Position numbers and translations under genes: made by a program. From assembly GCA_044439825.1 (NCBI GenBank), contig JBITAB010000092.1, positions 1 to 47,064 on the forward strand: a stretch of DNA of 47,064 nucleotides. The letters run 5' to 3'. This document shows, piece after piece, positions 1 to 7,782 of this stretch. The stretch comes from Phycisphaerales bacterium JB064 (GTDB lineage Bacteria > Planctomycetota > Phycisphaerae > Phycisphaerales > UBA1924). The stretch's first letter is position 1. Each line of letters opens with the position of its first letter. The notes under the pieces were generated by a model. That model saw nothing but the letters and a program-made list of their open reading frames with translations. It was not told the DNA's origin and made no database searches.

Positions 1-601
1 ATGTGCTTGCTCTCTCCTCCGGCGCGAGTTGGGTGGGGGAGGGGGTGGGCTTGGCTGGCTTTAGAGATGAGCGAGAACAGACGGAACGAGTGCCGTTGCA
101 ATCCCACTTGATAATCACCGAGTCAACCCCCTCGACATCGCCTCGCCACACAATCTTGCCCGACTGCCCAAACTCGTTTTGGTAAGCATCGCCCACCTCA
201 AACTCCCGCTTCGCCGCATCCTCCTCCGGCTGCTGGGGCTGGGGGGCGGAGGGGATGGGGATATAGGCCCAGCGGCTCACCCCATTCAGATTGATTAGGA
301 CGCTTGTTCCGCCATCCATGACTAGCCATCGACCACCCGGTTCCTTAGCGACGATCTCGACAACGCCGTTGACCTCGGCATAGAAGGGCAAGCCGGGTCC
401 AGGAGTTGAACGCATGTCGTAGCACCACTCCACCTTCACCGTCGTCGTCATGGGGCCTCCTTTGCTTCTGTGGTCTCGCATAATCCGACCTGTTGCCATG
501 TCACGAATCAGGCCATCTCCTTCGCAGAAGGTGGATGATCGTTCGTCTGACCAGATTCTCCAAGGGTCCAAGTCCCACGCCCACCTCACCTTCTCAGCCA
601 T
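1..601 (-). CDS. hypothetical protein, C-terminal end lies beyond the window edge
   Basis: The minus-strand frame is open from 601 to position 2. It is absent from the ORF track because no stop lies inside the window. The ATG at 601 overlaps the stop of the 27-codon ORF upstream (ATGGCTGA). An in-frame ATG at 451 has a strong SD (AAAGGAGGCCCC-ATG) and may be the real start. Translation from 451 reads MTTTVKVEWCYDMRSTPGPGLPFYAEVNGVVEIVAKEPGG... No domain recognised. Confidence 0.6.
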   Translation of the reverse strand, partial: MAEKVRWAWDLDPWRIWSDERSSTFCEGDGLIRDMATGRIMRDHRSKGGPMTTTVKVEWCYDMRSTPGPGLPFYAEVNGVVEIVAKEPGGRWLVMDGGTSVLINLNGVSRWAYIPIPSAPQPQQPEEDAAKREFEVGDAYQNEFGQSGKIVWRGDVEGVDSVIIKWDCNGTRSVCSRSSLKPAKPTPSPTQLAPEERAST

Positions 602-677
602 CGCGGGCCTCCCTGTCCATGCCACACACCAAGCCTGTGATCCCGCCGATAACCAGGCCAACAAACAATCCGAACAT
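594..677 (-). CDS. 27-aa single-TM peptide (MFGLFVGLVIGGITGLVCGMDREARDG)
   Basis: Hand-translated; too short for the ORF track. AAGGA lies 6 nt upstream of the ATG at 677. The core is hydrophobic. The stop overlaps the next ATG (ATGGCTGA). Confidence 0.35.
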   Translation of the reverse strand: MFGLFVGLVIGGITGLVCGMDREARDG

Positions 678-687
678 AAAGATGTCC

Positions 688-1035
688 TTAGGCTCCACCC
701 TCCACCTCCCCCGCCCCATCGGCCGGCTTGGGGAGGGCGGCGTCGCGTTCAAGGTGCTCTACCGCCAACCGCTCCAACTGTTTGCTTGTCATGGTTTCGT
801 GCCCATAGACAAGATGGTGAATGAGCCAGTCGGCATTTTCCACCTCCTCCCTCAACGCATCCCTTTCCGGCTTCCATGCGAGGGCGGTGGTGAGGGCTTG
901 CTCAAGATTGCGGGCGTTCCGTTCGTAAACTTCTGGCATCTTCTCTTGCTCGCACAGGCGAATCTTCTGGCGAACATCCTCAAGGCACAGCCTCTTGATG
1001 TATTCCACCGCTCGCTCGTCGTTTTGCTCAGGCAT
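688..1035 (-). CDS. hypothetical protein
   Basis: Track ORF 688..1041. The ATG at 1035 is preceded by GGGGAGGAGTGAAG. The sequence looks protein-like (MPEQNDERAVEYIKRLCLEDV...). Confidence 0.7.
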   Translation of the reverse strand: MPEQNDERAVEYIKRLCLEDVRQKIRLCEQEKMPEVYERNARNLEQALTTALAWKPERDALREEVENADWLIHHLVYGHETMTSKQLERLAVEHLERDAALPKPADGAGEVEGGA

Positions 1036-1078
1036 CTTCACTCCTCCCCAATCACGCCCATAGCTTCCAGGGCTCGGT

Positions 1079-1516
1079 TCATGGCGTCGGCGCGGATCGC
1101 TCCAGCACCAACAACCCTCGCTTTGTCACTCCACATCGACGCCACCCCGCCACAATGAAGCAGTACCCTGGGTTTCTGCTCTCGACCGCTTGCGGATCGA
1201 CGTAGGTGTACTGCCTCTCACAAGGCCAGCAGAAATCAGCGATGCTGCAAGCCTGTCGGACAAGCTCTGACGATCGGTACTGGCTCTCGTTGCGGAAGAA
1301 TGCGCAGTTGACTCCGTGCTGGCCGCTGTCGTCGATGAACTTGCGCCATGCCCACCCAGCTCGACCACACTCTGTTCGCAGCACAACCTTCTGTCCTGGG
1401 CCGACAAACAGCTTTCGGCGTCGGCCATCTGCGTAGTGGTAGCACGAGTAATGGCGCTCGTAGAGTTCGAGCAGGTCTGCGTCGCCGTCCTTGGTGAGCC
1501 ACCAGAGTGCTTGCAT
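1079..1516 (-). CDS. conserved phage protein of unknown function
   Basis: This is the inner part of track ORF 1079..1606. The ATG at 1516 is preceded by GAGGAGG. The sequence MQALWWLTKDGD...FVGPGQKVVLRT...NCAFFRNE...NPGYCFIVAGW looks like a globular conserved family, but I cannot name it. Confidence 0.7.
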   Translation of the reverse strand: MQALWWLTKDGDADLLELYERHYSCYHYADGRRRKLFVGPGQKVVLRTECGRAGWAWRKFIDDSGQHGVNCAFFRNESQYRSSELVRQACSIADFCWPCERQYTYVDPQAVESRNPGYCFIVAGWRRCGVTKRGLLVLERSAPTP

Positions 1517-1541
1517 TCCGGCCTCCTCGGCGCGTTCGTGG

Positions 1542-1673
1542 TCACGATGACAACCTCCACAGCATTGTGATCGCCAAGGCAGCGATACCAACGACGATCG
1601 TGACAAGCGTGGCTCGGTGCAACCAATTGCACACGGAGTCTTGGTACGGCGTGATCCACGATTGCTTGCTCAT
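1542..1673 (-). CDS. small membrane protein (43 aa)
   Basis: The internal ATG at 1673 overlaps the upstream stop (ATGA). One hydrophobic helix is present (ATLVTIVVGIAALAITMLW). Confidence 0.5.
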   Translation of the reverse strand: MSKQSWITPYQDSVCNWLHRATLVTIVVGIAALAITMLWRLSS

Positions 1674-1945
1674 GGGCGGTCCTTTCGGGCGAGGAGCATG
1701 GCGTCGGCAAACTCGTAGCACAAGAAAGTCCACACCTGTGCTTCCGTGTAGTTGGGCCCAAACAACTTGACAGCCTCTCCACGCGTAAACGTGTTTGACT
1801 GACGATCTTGTGCGTACCTCGCTGCCGCCGTGCTCGCCGCGAAGTAGTCGCGGAGGGACATGCCGGGCTTGCTATGGCTTGTGGTGCTGTAGCCGTCGCA
1901 TGTTTCCCACTGGTACGGGAACGCCGCTCCTCCATCATCACTCAT
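1670..1945 (-). CDS. hypothetical protein
   Basis: This is the inner part of track ORF 1670..2095. The ATG at 1945 overlaps the upstream stop by 8 nt. Translation reads MSDDGGAAFPYQWETCDGY... Confidence 0.65.
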   Translation of the reverse strand: MSDDGGAAFPYQWETCDGYSTTSHSKPGMSLRDYFAASTAAARYAQDRQSNTFTRGEAVKLFGPNYTEAQVWTFLCYEFADAMLLARKDRP

Positions 1946-2342
1946 CGCCGGACTCCTCGGGGTCGGTGGTTGCGTCCAACGGGATCTGCCTGACCTTGCC
2001 GCTGGCGTGGACTGCGATAATGCCAATAGCCCTGCCCTTGGCACCAGAGTCGAGATAACGCCTTGCCGCGCTCCATGTTCTCGCACCGCCAACATCCGTC
2101 CTGTATGCGATCGCGTAGTACAGCACGGGGTCGTGCTCGATCAGATCGTCAGGGCCAGGGCCGGAAGCGAAGGTGCAGCCGTCCTCGCGGAGCATGGTCA
2201 GGCATCGGACGCTGTCCTTGGTCTCGCTTATTACGGCGAGGCGATACGCCTCCGGGGCTTCCGGCATTGCATACATGGCGATGATCTTGTGATCCTTGTG
2301 GCGGAAGCGGTAGCCCTTCGGGTTGGTGGGGTCGATGGTCAT
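1938..2342 (-). CDS. hypothetical protein
   Basis: Track ORF with an ATGA overlap to the upstream gene at 2339-2342. Confidence 0.7.
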   Translation of the reverse strand: MTIDPTNPKGYRFRHKDHKIIAMYAMPEAPEAYRLAVISETKDSVRCLTMLREDGCTFASGPGPDDLIEHDPVLYYAIAYRTDVGGARTWSAARRYLDSGAKGRAIGIIAVHASGKVRQIPLDATTDPEESGDE

Positions 2343-2596
2343 GTGGGCTCCTCAAACTTCAAGCCTTCCAGCTTCTCGATCTGCTTGCGAAGGCTGGCGA
2401 TCTTCTTCTGGCGTCGCTTCTCGGCGTCGGCCTTGGCTTCGGCGAACGTGTGGTGGATGTCCCGGCCGAGCCTGAAGCTGCACCAGTTGTCGCGGCGGAA
2501 CCAGAAGCCGTCTCCGGCATCGCGGGCTTCAACCTTCTCGACGCCTCCGGTCAGCGCGTACTTCGACAGCCACATCTCGATGTAGGTGTGATTCAC
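2339..2596 (-). CDS. hypothetical protein
   Basis: This is the inner part of track ORF 2339..2674. The GTG at 2596 overlaps the upstream stop (GTGA); an alternative ATG lies at 2575. The C-terminus is a coiled coil (KRRQKKIASLRKQIEKLEGL). Confidence 0.55.
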   Translation of the reverse strand: MNHTYIEMWLSKYALTGGVEKVEARDAGDGFWFRRDNWCSFRLGRDIHHTFAEAKADAEKRRQKKIASLRKQIEKLEGLKFEEPT

Positions 2597-2856
2597 TCCC
2601 CACCTCCATCGCCGGCGAGGGCGTCGGGAATGATCTCGAAGTTCTTCTGGAAGTAATCCCTGGCGACGTACCACTGGTCGGCGTGGTTGTCCGGGTTGCG
2701 TGCGATCACGCCGCCAAGCTCAGGCGTATCCACGGGGCTCACGCTGATGCCGGACAGGTCTTCGCCAGGGTTGTACGGTCGCATCTCGGCGATGTTGGTG
2801 CGTCGGAATCGCTTCCAACGACGGTCTTCTTCCGGCTTGCTTGTGGGGGTGGTCAT
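2593..2856 (-). CDS. hypothetical protein
   Basis: Track ORF with an ATGA overlap to the upstream gene. Confidence 0.7.
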   Translation of the reverse strand: MTTPTSKPEEDRRWKRFRRTNIAEMRPYNPGEDLSGISVSPVDTPELGGVIARNPDNHADQWYVARDYFQKNFEIIPDALAGDGGGE

Positions 2857-3332
2857 GGGGTGGCTCCTGCGGCACTTGGGAACAGGTTGAAAAAACTCAG
2901 GAAGTCGAAGATGCTCAGCTTCCCGTCACGGTCAAAGTCGGCGGCCATGTCCTCGACGGCAAAGGCGTTCTGGAAGGCGAGGAAGTCGAACACGTCGGCA
3001 ACCCCGTCCACGTTGAAGTCGGCGGGCCCCGCCCACATCACGTCCTCGAACCGCCAGCGGATGTCGTTCGCGTGGTTCTCGGCGTAGAACTGGCGGAAGC
3101 TCAGGGTGACGTAGCACGTCGAGTCCACGAACAAGGGCGATCCCCGGTGGTGCGGCTGGTCATCAAAGAACCGCGTGCGACGCATCCATGAACCCTGCTG
3201 CGTCATGCGCTCGAAGGTCACAGCCTCCACGATCGTCGGCAGGCACTCGCTGGTGGTGCTGAGCGTGCGCGGCATCGGCGCGGCTTCGATCACGAGCGTG
3301 CCCTGGTAGTTGGTGGCGATGGCGTCAAGCAT
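2853..3332 (-). CDS. protein with two C-terminal dockerin/EF-hand-like Ca-binding repeats
   Basis: This is the inner part of track ORF 2853..3608. The ATG at 3332 overlaps the upstream stop (ATGCTTGA). The C-terminus ADFNVDGVADVFDFLAFQNAF...ADFDRDGKLSIFDFLSFFNLF contains two D-x-[DN]-x-DG loops, each followed by a DFL-x-F helix. Confidence 0.7.
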   Translation of the reverse strand: MLDAIATNYQGTLVIEAAPMPRTLSTTSECLPTIVEAVTFERMTQQGSWMRRTRFFDDQPHHRGSPLFVDSTCYVTLSFRQFYAENHANDIRWRFEDVMWAGPADFNVDGVADVFDFLAFQNAFAVEDMAADFDRDGKLSIFDFLSFFNLFPSAAGATP

Positions 3333-3876
3333 CGGATGGCTCCGGAGCAAGTGGGACCACCGAGCCAGAGGCGCGGGCGTAGAACAGCGGGCCAGCGTCG
3401 ATGTGCTCCAGAGAGTGGCACGCCGCCAGGACGGCGTACGCCTCTCGGCCGCGGACCATGACGGCAATAGGTTCATCAGGGCCAGCAATGCCGATGTGGA
3501 CATAGGCGTCCTCGATCGATCCCTTGGCCCGCATCGCGTCAACGAGCCGTTGTAATGCCGACCAATTGACCGTAACCCACTCGCGGTGTTGGTGTAGAAC
3601 CTCGCCAACCTTTCTCATCACGTCGGGGAACCGGCCATCTGCGGGCTTGCCGTCTTGGTCAATGAAATACGGCTCGGCTTCTGGCTCCCCGGCGGGCTCG
3701 GCCGATGCGACGATGTAGTGCGGGTTGCACGCAAACACCCACGTCCGGCCTGGGCTTAGGCACGGAACGGCCATTGCCAAGGTGTATGTCCACTTGTCAT
3801 CCAGCGCAGCGCACGGAGCGGACAGGATGTTGCTCTGAATGTCATCAGCCGTCAGTCGTTGGGTTTGCTCAAGCAT
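3325..3876 (-). CDS. hypothetical protein
   Basis: Track ORF 3325..3879. The ATG at 3876 is preceded by a near-perfect SD (GGAGGTGATTG). Confidence 0.7.
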   Translation of the reverse strand: MLEQTQRLTADDIQSNILSAPCAALDDKWTYTLAMAVPCLSPGRTWVFACNPHYIVASAEPAGEPEAEPYFIDQDGKPADGRFPDVMRKVGEVLHQHREWVTVNWSALQRLVDAMRAKGSIEDAYVHIGIAGPDEPIAVMVRGREAYAVLAACHSLEHIDAGPLFYARASGSVVPLAPEPSDA

Positions 3877-4348
3877 CAATCACCTCCGCCAGCACAAGCA
3901 TGGTCTCGAACATCTTCGACGGGCCGAGCAGCACGCGAGCGCCCGGGCCATGCGGCCTCCCGTCGCACCACGCCTTGCCCTGAGCGCCGATCGTGATCTG
4001 CGAGTCGTCCTGGTACAGCACAGCCTGCAGCGAGTCTTCGATTTGCCGCGCGTACTTGAGGGCATCGGGTCGCTGCACCGGCTGTGCGTCCTGGCACTTC
4101 GGACGTAGCACGCCCTTGGCGTTGTAGTGGCCCTTCGGCCGTGCGCGATAGAACATGCACACCAGCGCGAGGGGAACGCCCTTCTCGATCGGGCCGCCGC
4201 TCTTGGCCTTGAGCGCCGCGTCCTGGACGGCCGAGCGCCATGCTTTGCCCTTGATCCCGCTCGAATCCACGAGGATGCCGTTGCCGACGTGCCGCTTGCT
4301 CCCCGCCGTCGCGGGCTCGCCTGGAATCCACAGGTCGATGATGGTCAT
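3869..4348 (-). CDS. rusA: RusA-family Holliday junction resolvase
   Basis: The protein is 159 aa. The layout IPGEPATAGSKRH...KAWRSAV...FYRARPKGH...RPDALKYARQIEDSLQAVLYQDDSQI matches RusA endonucleases, which have a basic N-terminal half and an acidic D..K...D...DD.Q cluster. It has an ATGA overlap with the upstream gene. Confidence 0.8.
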   Translation of the reverse strand: MTIIDLWIPGEPATAGSKRHVGNGILVDSSGIKGKAWRSAVQDAALKAKSGGPIEKGVPLALVCMFYRARPKGHYNAKGVLRPKCQDAQPVQRPDALKYARQIEDSLQAVLYQDDSQITIGAQGKAWCDGRPHGPGARVLLGPSKMFETMLVLAEVIDA

Positions 4349-4755
4349 TGGTCATTTCCTGCGTACTCCGGGTGCTGGTTGGCCATGTGCTGCGCCAGAT
4401 TCTGGAACGTGCGATTGCAGCACGGACACACGCCGTGCGCGACGCGGTTCTTGAGCCTCGTCTTGGCGGCCTTCTCGGCGCGTCGTTGGTTTTCCGTGTG
4501 CGATAGCTCGGCCTTGGTCTGGTCGTGCTGCGCCCGCTCTCGCTGCAACTGTTCTTCGGCCAGTCGCGCTCGCTTCTGGTCCTGCGTCTCTCCCGTCCAG
4601 CACGTGCTACTGCCACACGCCGGGCAGTACACCGAACCCTTCTTGTCGCGGACAGCCCGGCGATACATGCCGTCGTTGATTCCAAAGTTCGTGCCACAGG
4701 TGTAGCAAGCCACGACATGGAACGTTTGCTCAACAGTCCTGGTGAACGTGCTCAT
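4345..4755 (-). CDS. zinc-ribbon / coiled-coil protein
   Basis: Track ORF 4345..4761, with ATG at 4755. Three Cys pairs are present (CYTC, CPAC, CPCC...H....H), separated by a charged coiled-coil segment. Confidence 0.7.
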   Translation of the reverse strand: MSTFTRTVEQTFHVVACYTCGTNFGINDGMYRRAVRDKKGSVYCPACGSSTCWTGETQDQKRARLAEEQLQRERAQHDQTKAELSHTENQRRAEKAAKTRLKNRVAHGVCPCCNRTFQNLAQHMANQHPEYAGNDQ

Positions 4756-4757
4756 CT

Positions 4758-5573
4758 TCAAATCCCCTTCCTGTCTGCAATCGCCAGCACGCGCCGCCGC
4801 TCCGTCGCGGCGTCGATGATGGCCCCGAAGTCGATCGAGCCCTTGTGCTCGTCAAGCCTGCGAAGGTCGCCATGCTGGTAGAACCGCACGCTCTTGGCGC
4901 TCGCGGGCGTTTGCTCGGCCTTGCCGTTCACCGTCCAGTCGAAGGGCTGGAACAACTGCTTGCCGGCGTACCACCGATCCCAGCCCACGCGCTCCCAGCC
5001 AAGCCAGCGGCAGACGTTGGCCGCGCCAAGCAGGAACCGGGTCGCCGGGTGCGGGTGCTGGACGCCGCGGGTGAAGTGCGGATCGTGCAGGACCGGCCTG
5101 GGCGCAGGGACCGCCTGCCCGTGCCAGCGGTGCACGTCGTCGATGGAGTCGGTGGCCATGGTGGCGCGATGCAGCAGGAGCCGTCCGGCCCGCTCCAGCC
5201 AGTATCGCGTGTGCTCACTGGCCTCGGGCTCGCCGGGCAAGACGCCCACAAGGCTGTCCTTGCCCTGCAGGAGCCGTATGGCGGCCTCTCTGGCGTCTCG
5301 GCCGACCATGGACGCCTCGACGGCCTCCGTGGCCCTCCTGAGGCCCATCAGGTTCTCGCGGATCTTGCTGACGCCAGGGAACGCGTCGTGCCTGCGCCGG
5401 ATGTCCTTGAGCCTCGCCTCGACCTGATCGTGCTCGAGCCCGGTGCAGCCCTCCAGCACGATGTCGGCGAGCTCGGCGTTCAGGCTGGCGGCCGGGGTGT
5501 TGCGCCACAGCCTGCCGATCAGCTCTCGTATCCACGCGTTCGAGTCTGGGTCTTGTCTCAGGGTGATGCTCAT
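4758..5573 (-). CDS. hypothetical protein
   Basis: Track ORF 4758..5585. The ATG at 5573 lies 5 nt downstream of a CAACTTGAGGA box. Confidence 0.7.
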   Translation of the reverse strand: MSITLRQDPDSNAWIRELIGRLWRNTPAASLNAELADIVLEGCTGLEHDQVEARLKDIRRRHDAFPGVSKIRENLMGLRRATEAVEASMVGRDAREAAIRLLQGKDSLVGVLPGEPEASEHTRYWLERAGRLLLHRATMATDSIDDVHRWHGQAVPAPRPVLHDPHFTRGVQHPHPATRFLLGAANVCRWLGWERVGWDRWYAGKQLFQPFDWTVNGKAEQTPASAKSVRFYQHGDLRRLDEHKGSIDFGAIIDAATERRRVLAIADRKGI

Positions 5574-5578
5574 GGTCG

Positions 5579-5589
5579 TCCTCAAGTTG
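5579..5589 (-). promoter_or_regulatory. CAACTTGAGGA box, copy 1
   Basis: Exact 11-mer on the minus strand, 5 nt upstream of the ATG at 5573. Confidence 0.9.
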
Positions 5590-5629
5590 GTATTTTCAGA
5601 TTTGCCCGCAAACGGCCCTAGAAGCCCGC

Positions 5630-6439
5630 CTAAGGCGAATCGCGCCTCAGGGGGCCCCGGTGGTCGGCTTGGCCGTTGCGGCGGGCGTACAGAGCCTCAG
5701 CCTCGGCCTTGGCGCTGCCGTTGGTCAGGTCTGTGTCGAATCCCCCGCCCTTGAGCCAGTTCTCCATGTGCGGGACGAACCGGCGCTCGGTGTCGGCCTT
5801 GGACGCCTGGAACGCTCGGATGCGATCCAACAGCCACGCGTGGGCGTCGCTGGGGGCGTCGGCCTTCTTGCGGATCTCGCGGATGGCCAGCTTGTACTCG
5901 TTGAACGCCTTGGCCTTCTCGCCCCGGTCCTTGCCGTAGGCGGACCATGCGGCCTCGAACTCTGGCGAGTAGTCGAACTTCGATCGCTTCGACACACGGT
6001 CCGGCCCCCCTTGGGGGGTAGGGGGGTCTTTCTTCTTCTCTTCTCTTCTCTTCTCTTCTCTAGCTAACGCTGATGTAACGATGGCATCGTTACGGTGCTT
6101 GGACACTCGTTTTGCTGTAAGTGCCCGCGTTTTAGAGGTTTGTGTGTTGTGACGGTCGAAGTTGACAAAGCGATACCCACCGCTTTCGGCTGGCGACAGC
6201 CACCGAACCTCGTCGTGCAGCATCGCGTCCGCCAATCCTGATACGCCCGCGTGACGATCAAGTGCGCTTTTTGTAACGATGCGAGCGTTACCATCTATGG
6301 TCTGCTGATCTGCCCAAATCCACAGGCGCACGAGACCGCCAATGACTTCGTTGACCGTGATGCCAAGCTGTTCGGCCATGTGGTCAATCTCTTCCTTGTC
6401 CGGGGTCGCGTGTTCGATCTTGATCCAGTCGCCAGCCAT
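5630..6439 (-). CDS. replication initiator / replisome-organizer-like protein
   Basis: This is the inner part of track ORF 5630..6589. The ATG at 6439 is preceded by GGAGAAGC. The N-terminus MAGDWIKIEHATPDKEEIDHMAEQLGI...LVRLWIWADQ resembles the N-terminal DNA-binding domain of phage replication organizers. A charged linker is followed by a C-terminal YSPEFEAAWSAYGK... domain. Iteron-like repeats lie inside the gene. Confidence 0.65.
   Translation of the reverse strand: MAGDWIKIEHATPDKEEIDHMAEQLGITVNEVIGGLVRLWIWADQQTIDGNARIVTKSALDRHAGVSGLADAMLHDEVRWLSPAESGGYRFVNFDRHNTQTSKTRALTAKRVSKHRNDAIVTSALAREEKRREEKKKDPPTPQGGPDRVSKRSKFDYSPEFEAAWSAYGKDRGEKAKAFNEYKLAIREIRKKADAPSDAHAWLLDRIRAFQASKADTERRFVPHMENWLKGGGFDTDLTNGSAKAEAEALYARRNGQADHRGPLRRDSP
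6005..6291. other. candidate origin of replication inside the initiator gene
   Basis: The cluster contains a C6-TT-G6 palindrome (6005-6018), (TTCTC)5 (6036-6060), and the inverted repeat GTAACGAT-GGC-ATCGTTAC (6075-6093). It also contains a T-rich stretch at about 6109-6150, GTGACGGT (6149-6156), GTGACGAT (6251-6258) and the inverted repeat GTAACG-N7-CGTTAC (6273-6291). Confidence 0.4.
6036..6060. repeat. perfect pentanucleotide tandem repeat (TTCTC)x5
   Basis: Read directly from the sequence. It encodes REEKRREEK in the initiator linker. Confidence 0.95.
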
Positions 6440-6460
6440 CGCTTCTCCGTGCTCGTGCTG

Positions 6461-6495
6461 AAAAACCCGCCCGTGGGCTTTCGCCTCACGGGGGG
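6461..6495 (-). terminator. intrinsic terminator after recT
   Basis: The minus strand reads CCCGTGAGGC-GAAA-GCCCACGGG followed by CGGGTTTTTC, between the recT stop (6510) and the initiator start (6439). Confidence 0.55.
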
Positions 6496-6509
6496 CTGAG
6501 GAGGAGAGA

Positions 6510-7358
6510 TCAGTTGCTCTCGTACAGGCCCTCTCGGACCTGGGCCTCCACCTCGTCGGTGATGGCCTCGGAATCAATGTCGTCGCCAATCATGGTGCCA
6601 CTGGTCATGGTCGCGACAGGTTCCTCTGCCGGCTCGTCGCCGCCCAGAGCCCCCTCCAGCGCGTCCATGCGCGTCTGCGGCTTCTGTGCCATCTTGGAGG
6701 GGTCGAACGCTGGCTCGATGTCTCGAGCCTCCTCGGTCATGTCCAGCCCGCCCAGAGCGTCGGGGAACGCGTCACGCATGGCCCACGATCGGGCCCGCAT
6801 CTGCATCATCCGCTCGGGGTAGTCCTGCCAGGGGCCGGTCTTGCCCGTGAGCTTGGCGACGGTCGCCTGGGCCCATGTGAAGGTCTGGTGGATCTCCTGT
6901 GGCTCGCCGTCCTTGCGCTTGCGGACGATGACGCAGTGGGCCGTCCAGGTGCTCTTGCGCGCCTCGCCGTCCAGCCACTCCCTCACGCTGACGCATTCGG
7001 GGTGGCGGCGGACCAGGGCGAGCGCCGTGTCGCCCCAGATGGTCGGGCGGTTGTTGATGATCGCCAGCCCGTTGAGCGCCTGCAGGGGGTTGAGCCCCAG
7101 CGGAATGCCCGTCATGATGGCGATGCTGGCCTGCTGCATGGCAAGCTGCGGGTCGAAGTCGCGCCCGATCTTGCCATAGCTGCTTGGTAGCATCTGGGCC
7201 TTGGTGAAGGCGTTGGCCAGCCTCAGGCAGTCGCCGTAGTTCTGGATGGCCACGCCCGCGTCGCGGCTGATACTGATTTCGGACACGGCGCTGCTTTGCA
7301 CCCACTCGTCGAACGTCGGGGTCTTGGTCGCCAGTTGCTTGTTCTGTTCGTCGGTCAT
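6510..7358 (-). CDS. recT: RecT-family single-strand annealing protein
   Basis: The protein is 282 aa. Motifs GLNPLQALNGLAIINNRPTIWGD, TGPWQDYPERMMQMRARSWAMRDAFPD are typical of RecT. The ATG lies 9 nt downstream of a CAACTTGAGGA box. Confidence 0.85.
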   Translation of the reverse strand: MTDEQNKQLATKTPTFDEWVQSSAVSEISISRDAGVAIQNYGDCLRLANAFTKAQMLPSSYGKIGRDFDPQLAMQQASIAIMTGIPLGLNPLQALNGLAIINNRPTIWGDTALALVRRHPECVSVREWLDGEARKSTWTAHCVIVRKRKDGEPQEIHQTFTWAQATVAKLTGKTGPWQDYPERMMQMRARSWAMRDAFPDALGGLDMTEEARDIEPAFDPSKMAQKPQTRMDALEGALGGDEPAEEPVATMTSGTMIGDDIDSEAITDEVEAQVREGLYESN

Positions 7359-7367
7359 GTGCGGTCC

Positions 7368-7378
7368 TCCTCAAGTTG
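7368..7378 (-). promoter_or_regulatory. CAACTTGAGGA box, copy 2
   Basis: Exact 11-mer, 9 nt upstream of the recT ATG (7358) and a few nt after the ssb stop. Confidence 0.9.
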
Positions 7379-7383
7379 GTTGG

Positions 7384-7782
7384 TCAGAATGGGGGCGCGT
7401 CGTCGTCCGGTGGCGGCCCGTCGCCGCCCCCGTAGTGGGCCTGCGCGGCCGCCTGCTGAGTCTTGGGGTTCTCGATGAAGTGGAAGTTGTTGAGCGCGAC
7501 CTTGAGCTTGCTTCGCTTCTGGCCGTCCTGCTCCCACTGGTCGAGCTTCAAGCGGCCTTCGAGCAGGATCTTGTCGCCCTTCTTGAAGTACCGGGCGATG
7601 GTCTCGGCGACCTTGCCCCACGCCTCGCACTCGACCCACACCACGGACTTCTTGGTCGTGCCGTCCTTGGCCCTGTAGCGGTCCTCGACGGCCACGCTGA
7701 GCGCGGCCACAGCGTTGTTGTTGCTGGTGTACCTGAGTTCCACGTCGCGGCCGAGTCGGCCCATGAGATTCACGCTGTTCAT
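7384..7782 (-). CDS. ssb: single-stranded DNA-binding protein
   Basis: These are the last 132 codons of track ORF 7384..8430. The OB-fold N-terminus reads MNSVNLMGRLGRDVELRYT... and the acidic C-terminal tip is DDDAPPF. The ATG at 7782 overlaps the exonuclease stop (ATGA). Confidence 0.9.
   Translation of the reverse strand: MNSVNLMGRLGRDVELRYTSNNNAVAALSVAVEDRYRAKDGTTKKSVVWVECEAWGKVAETIARYFKKGDKILLEGRLKLDQWEQDGQKRSKLKVALNNFHFIENPKTQQAAAQAHYGGGDGPPPDDDAPPF

Noticed and set aside
3-185. 60-aa plus-strand ORF at the left edge, plus 450-824 (+) and 493-1158 (+)
   Set aside because: They are antisense to the minus-strand genes (1-601, 688-1035), which have SDs and coupling. Their translations are low-complexity.
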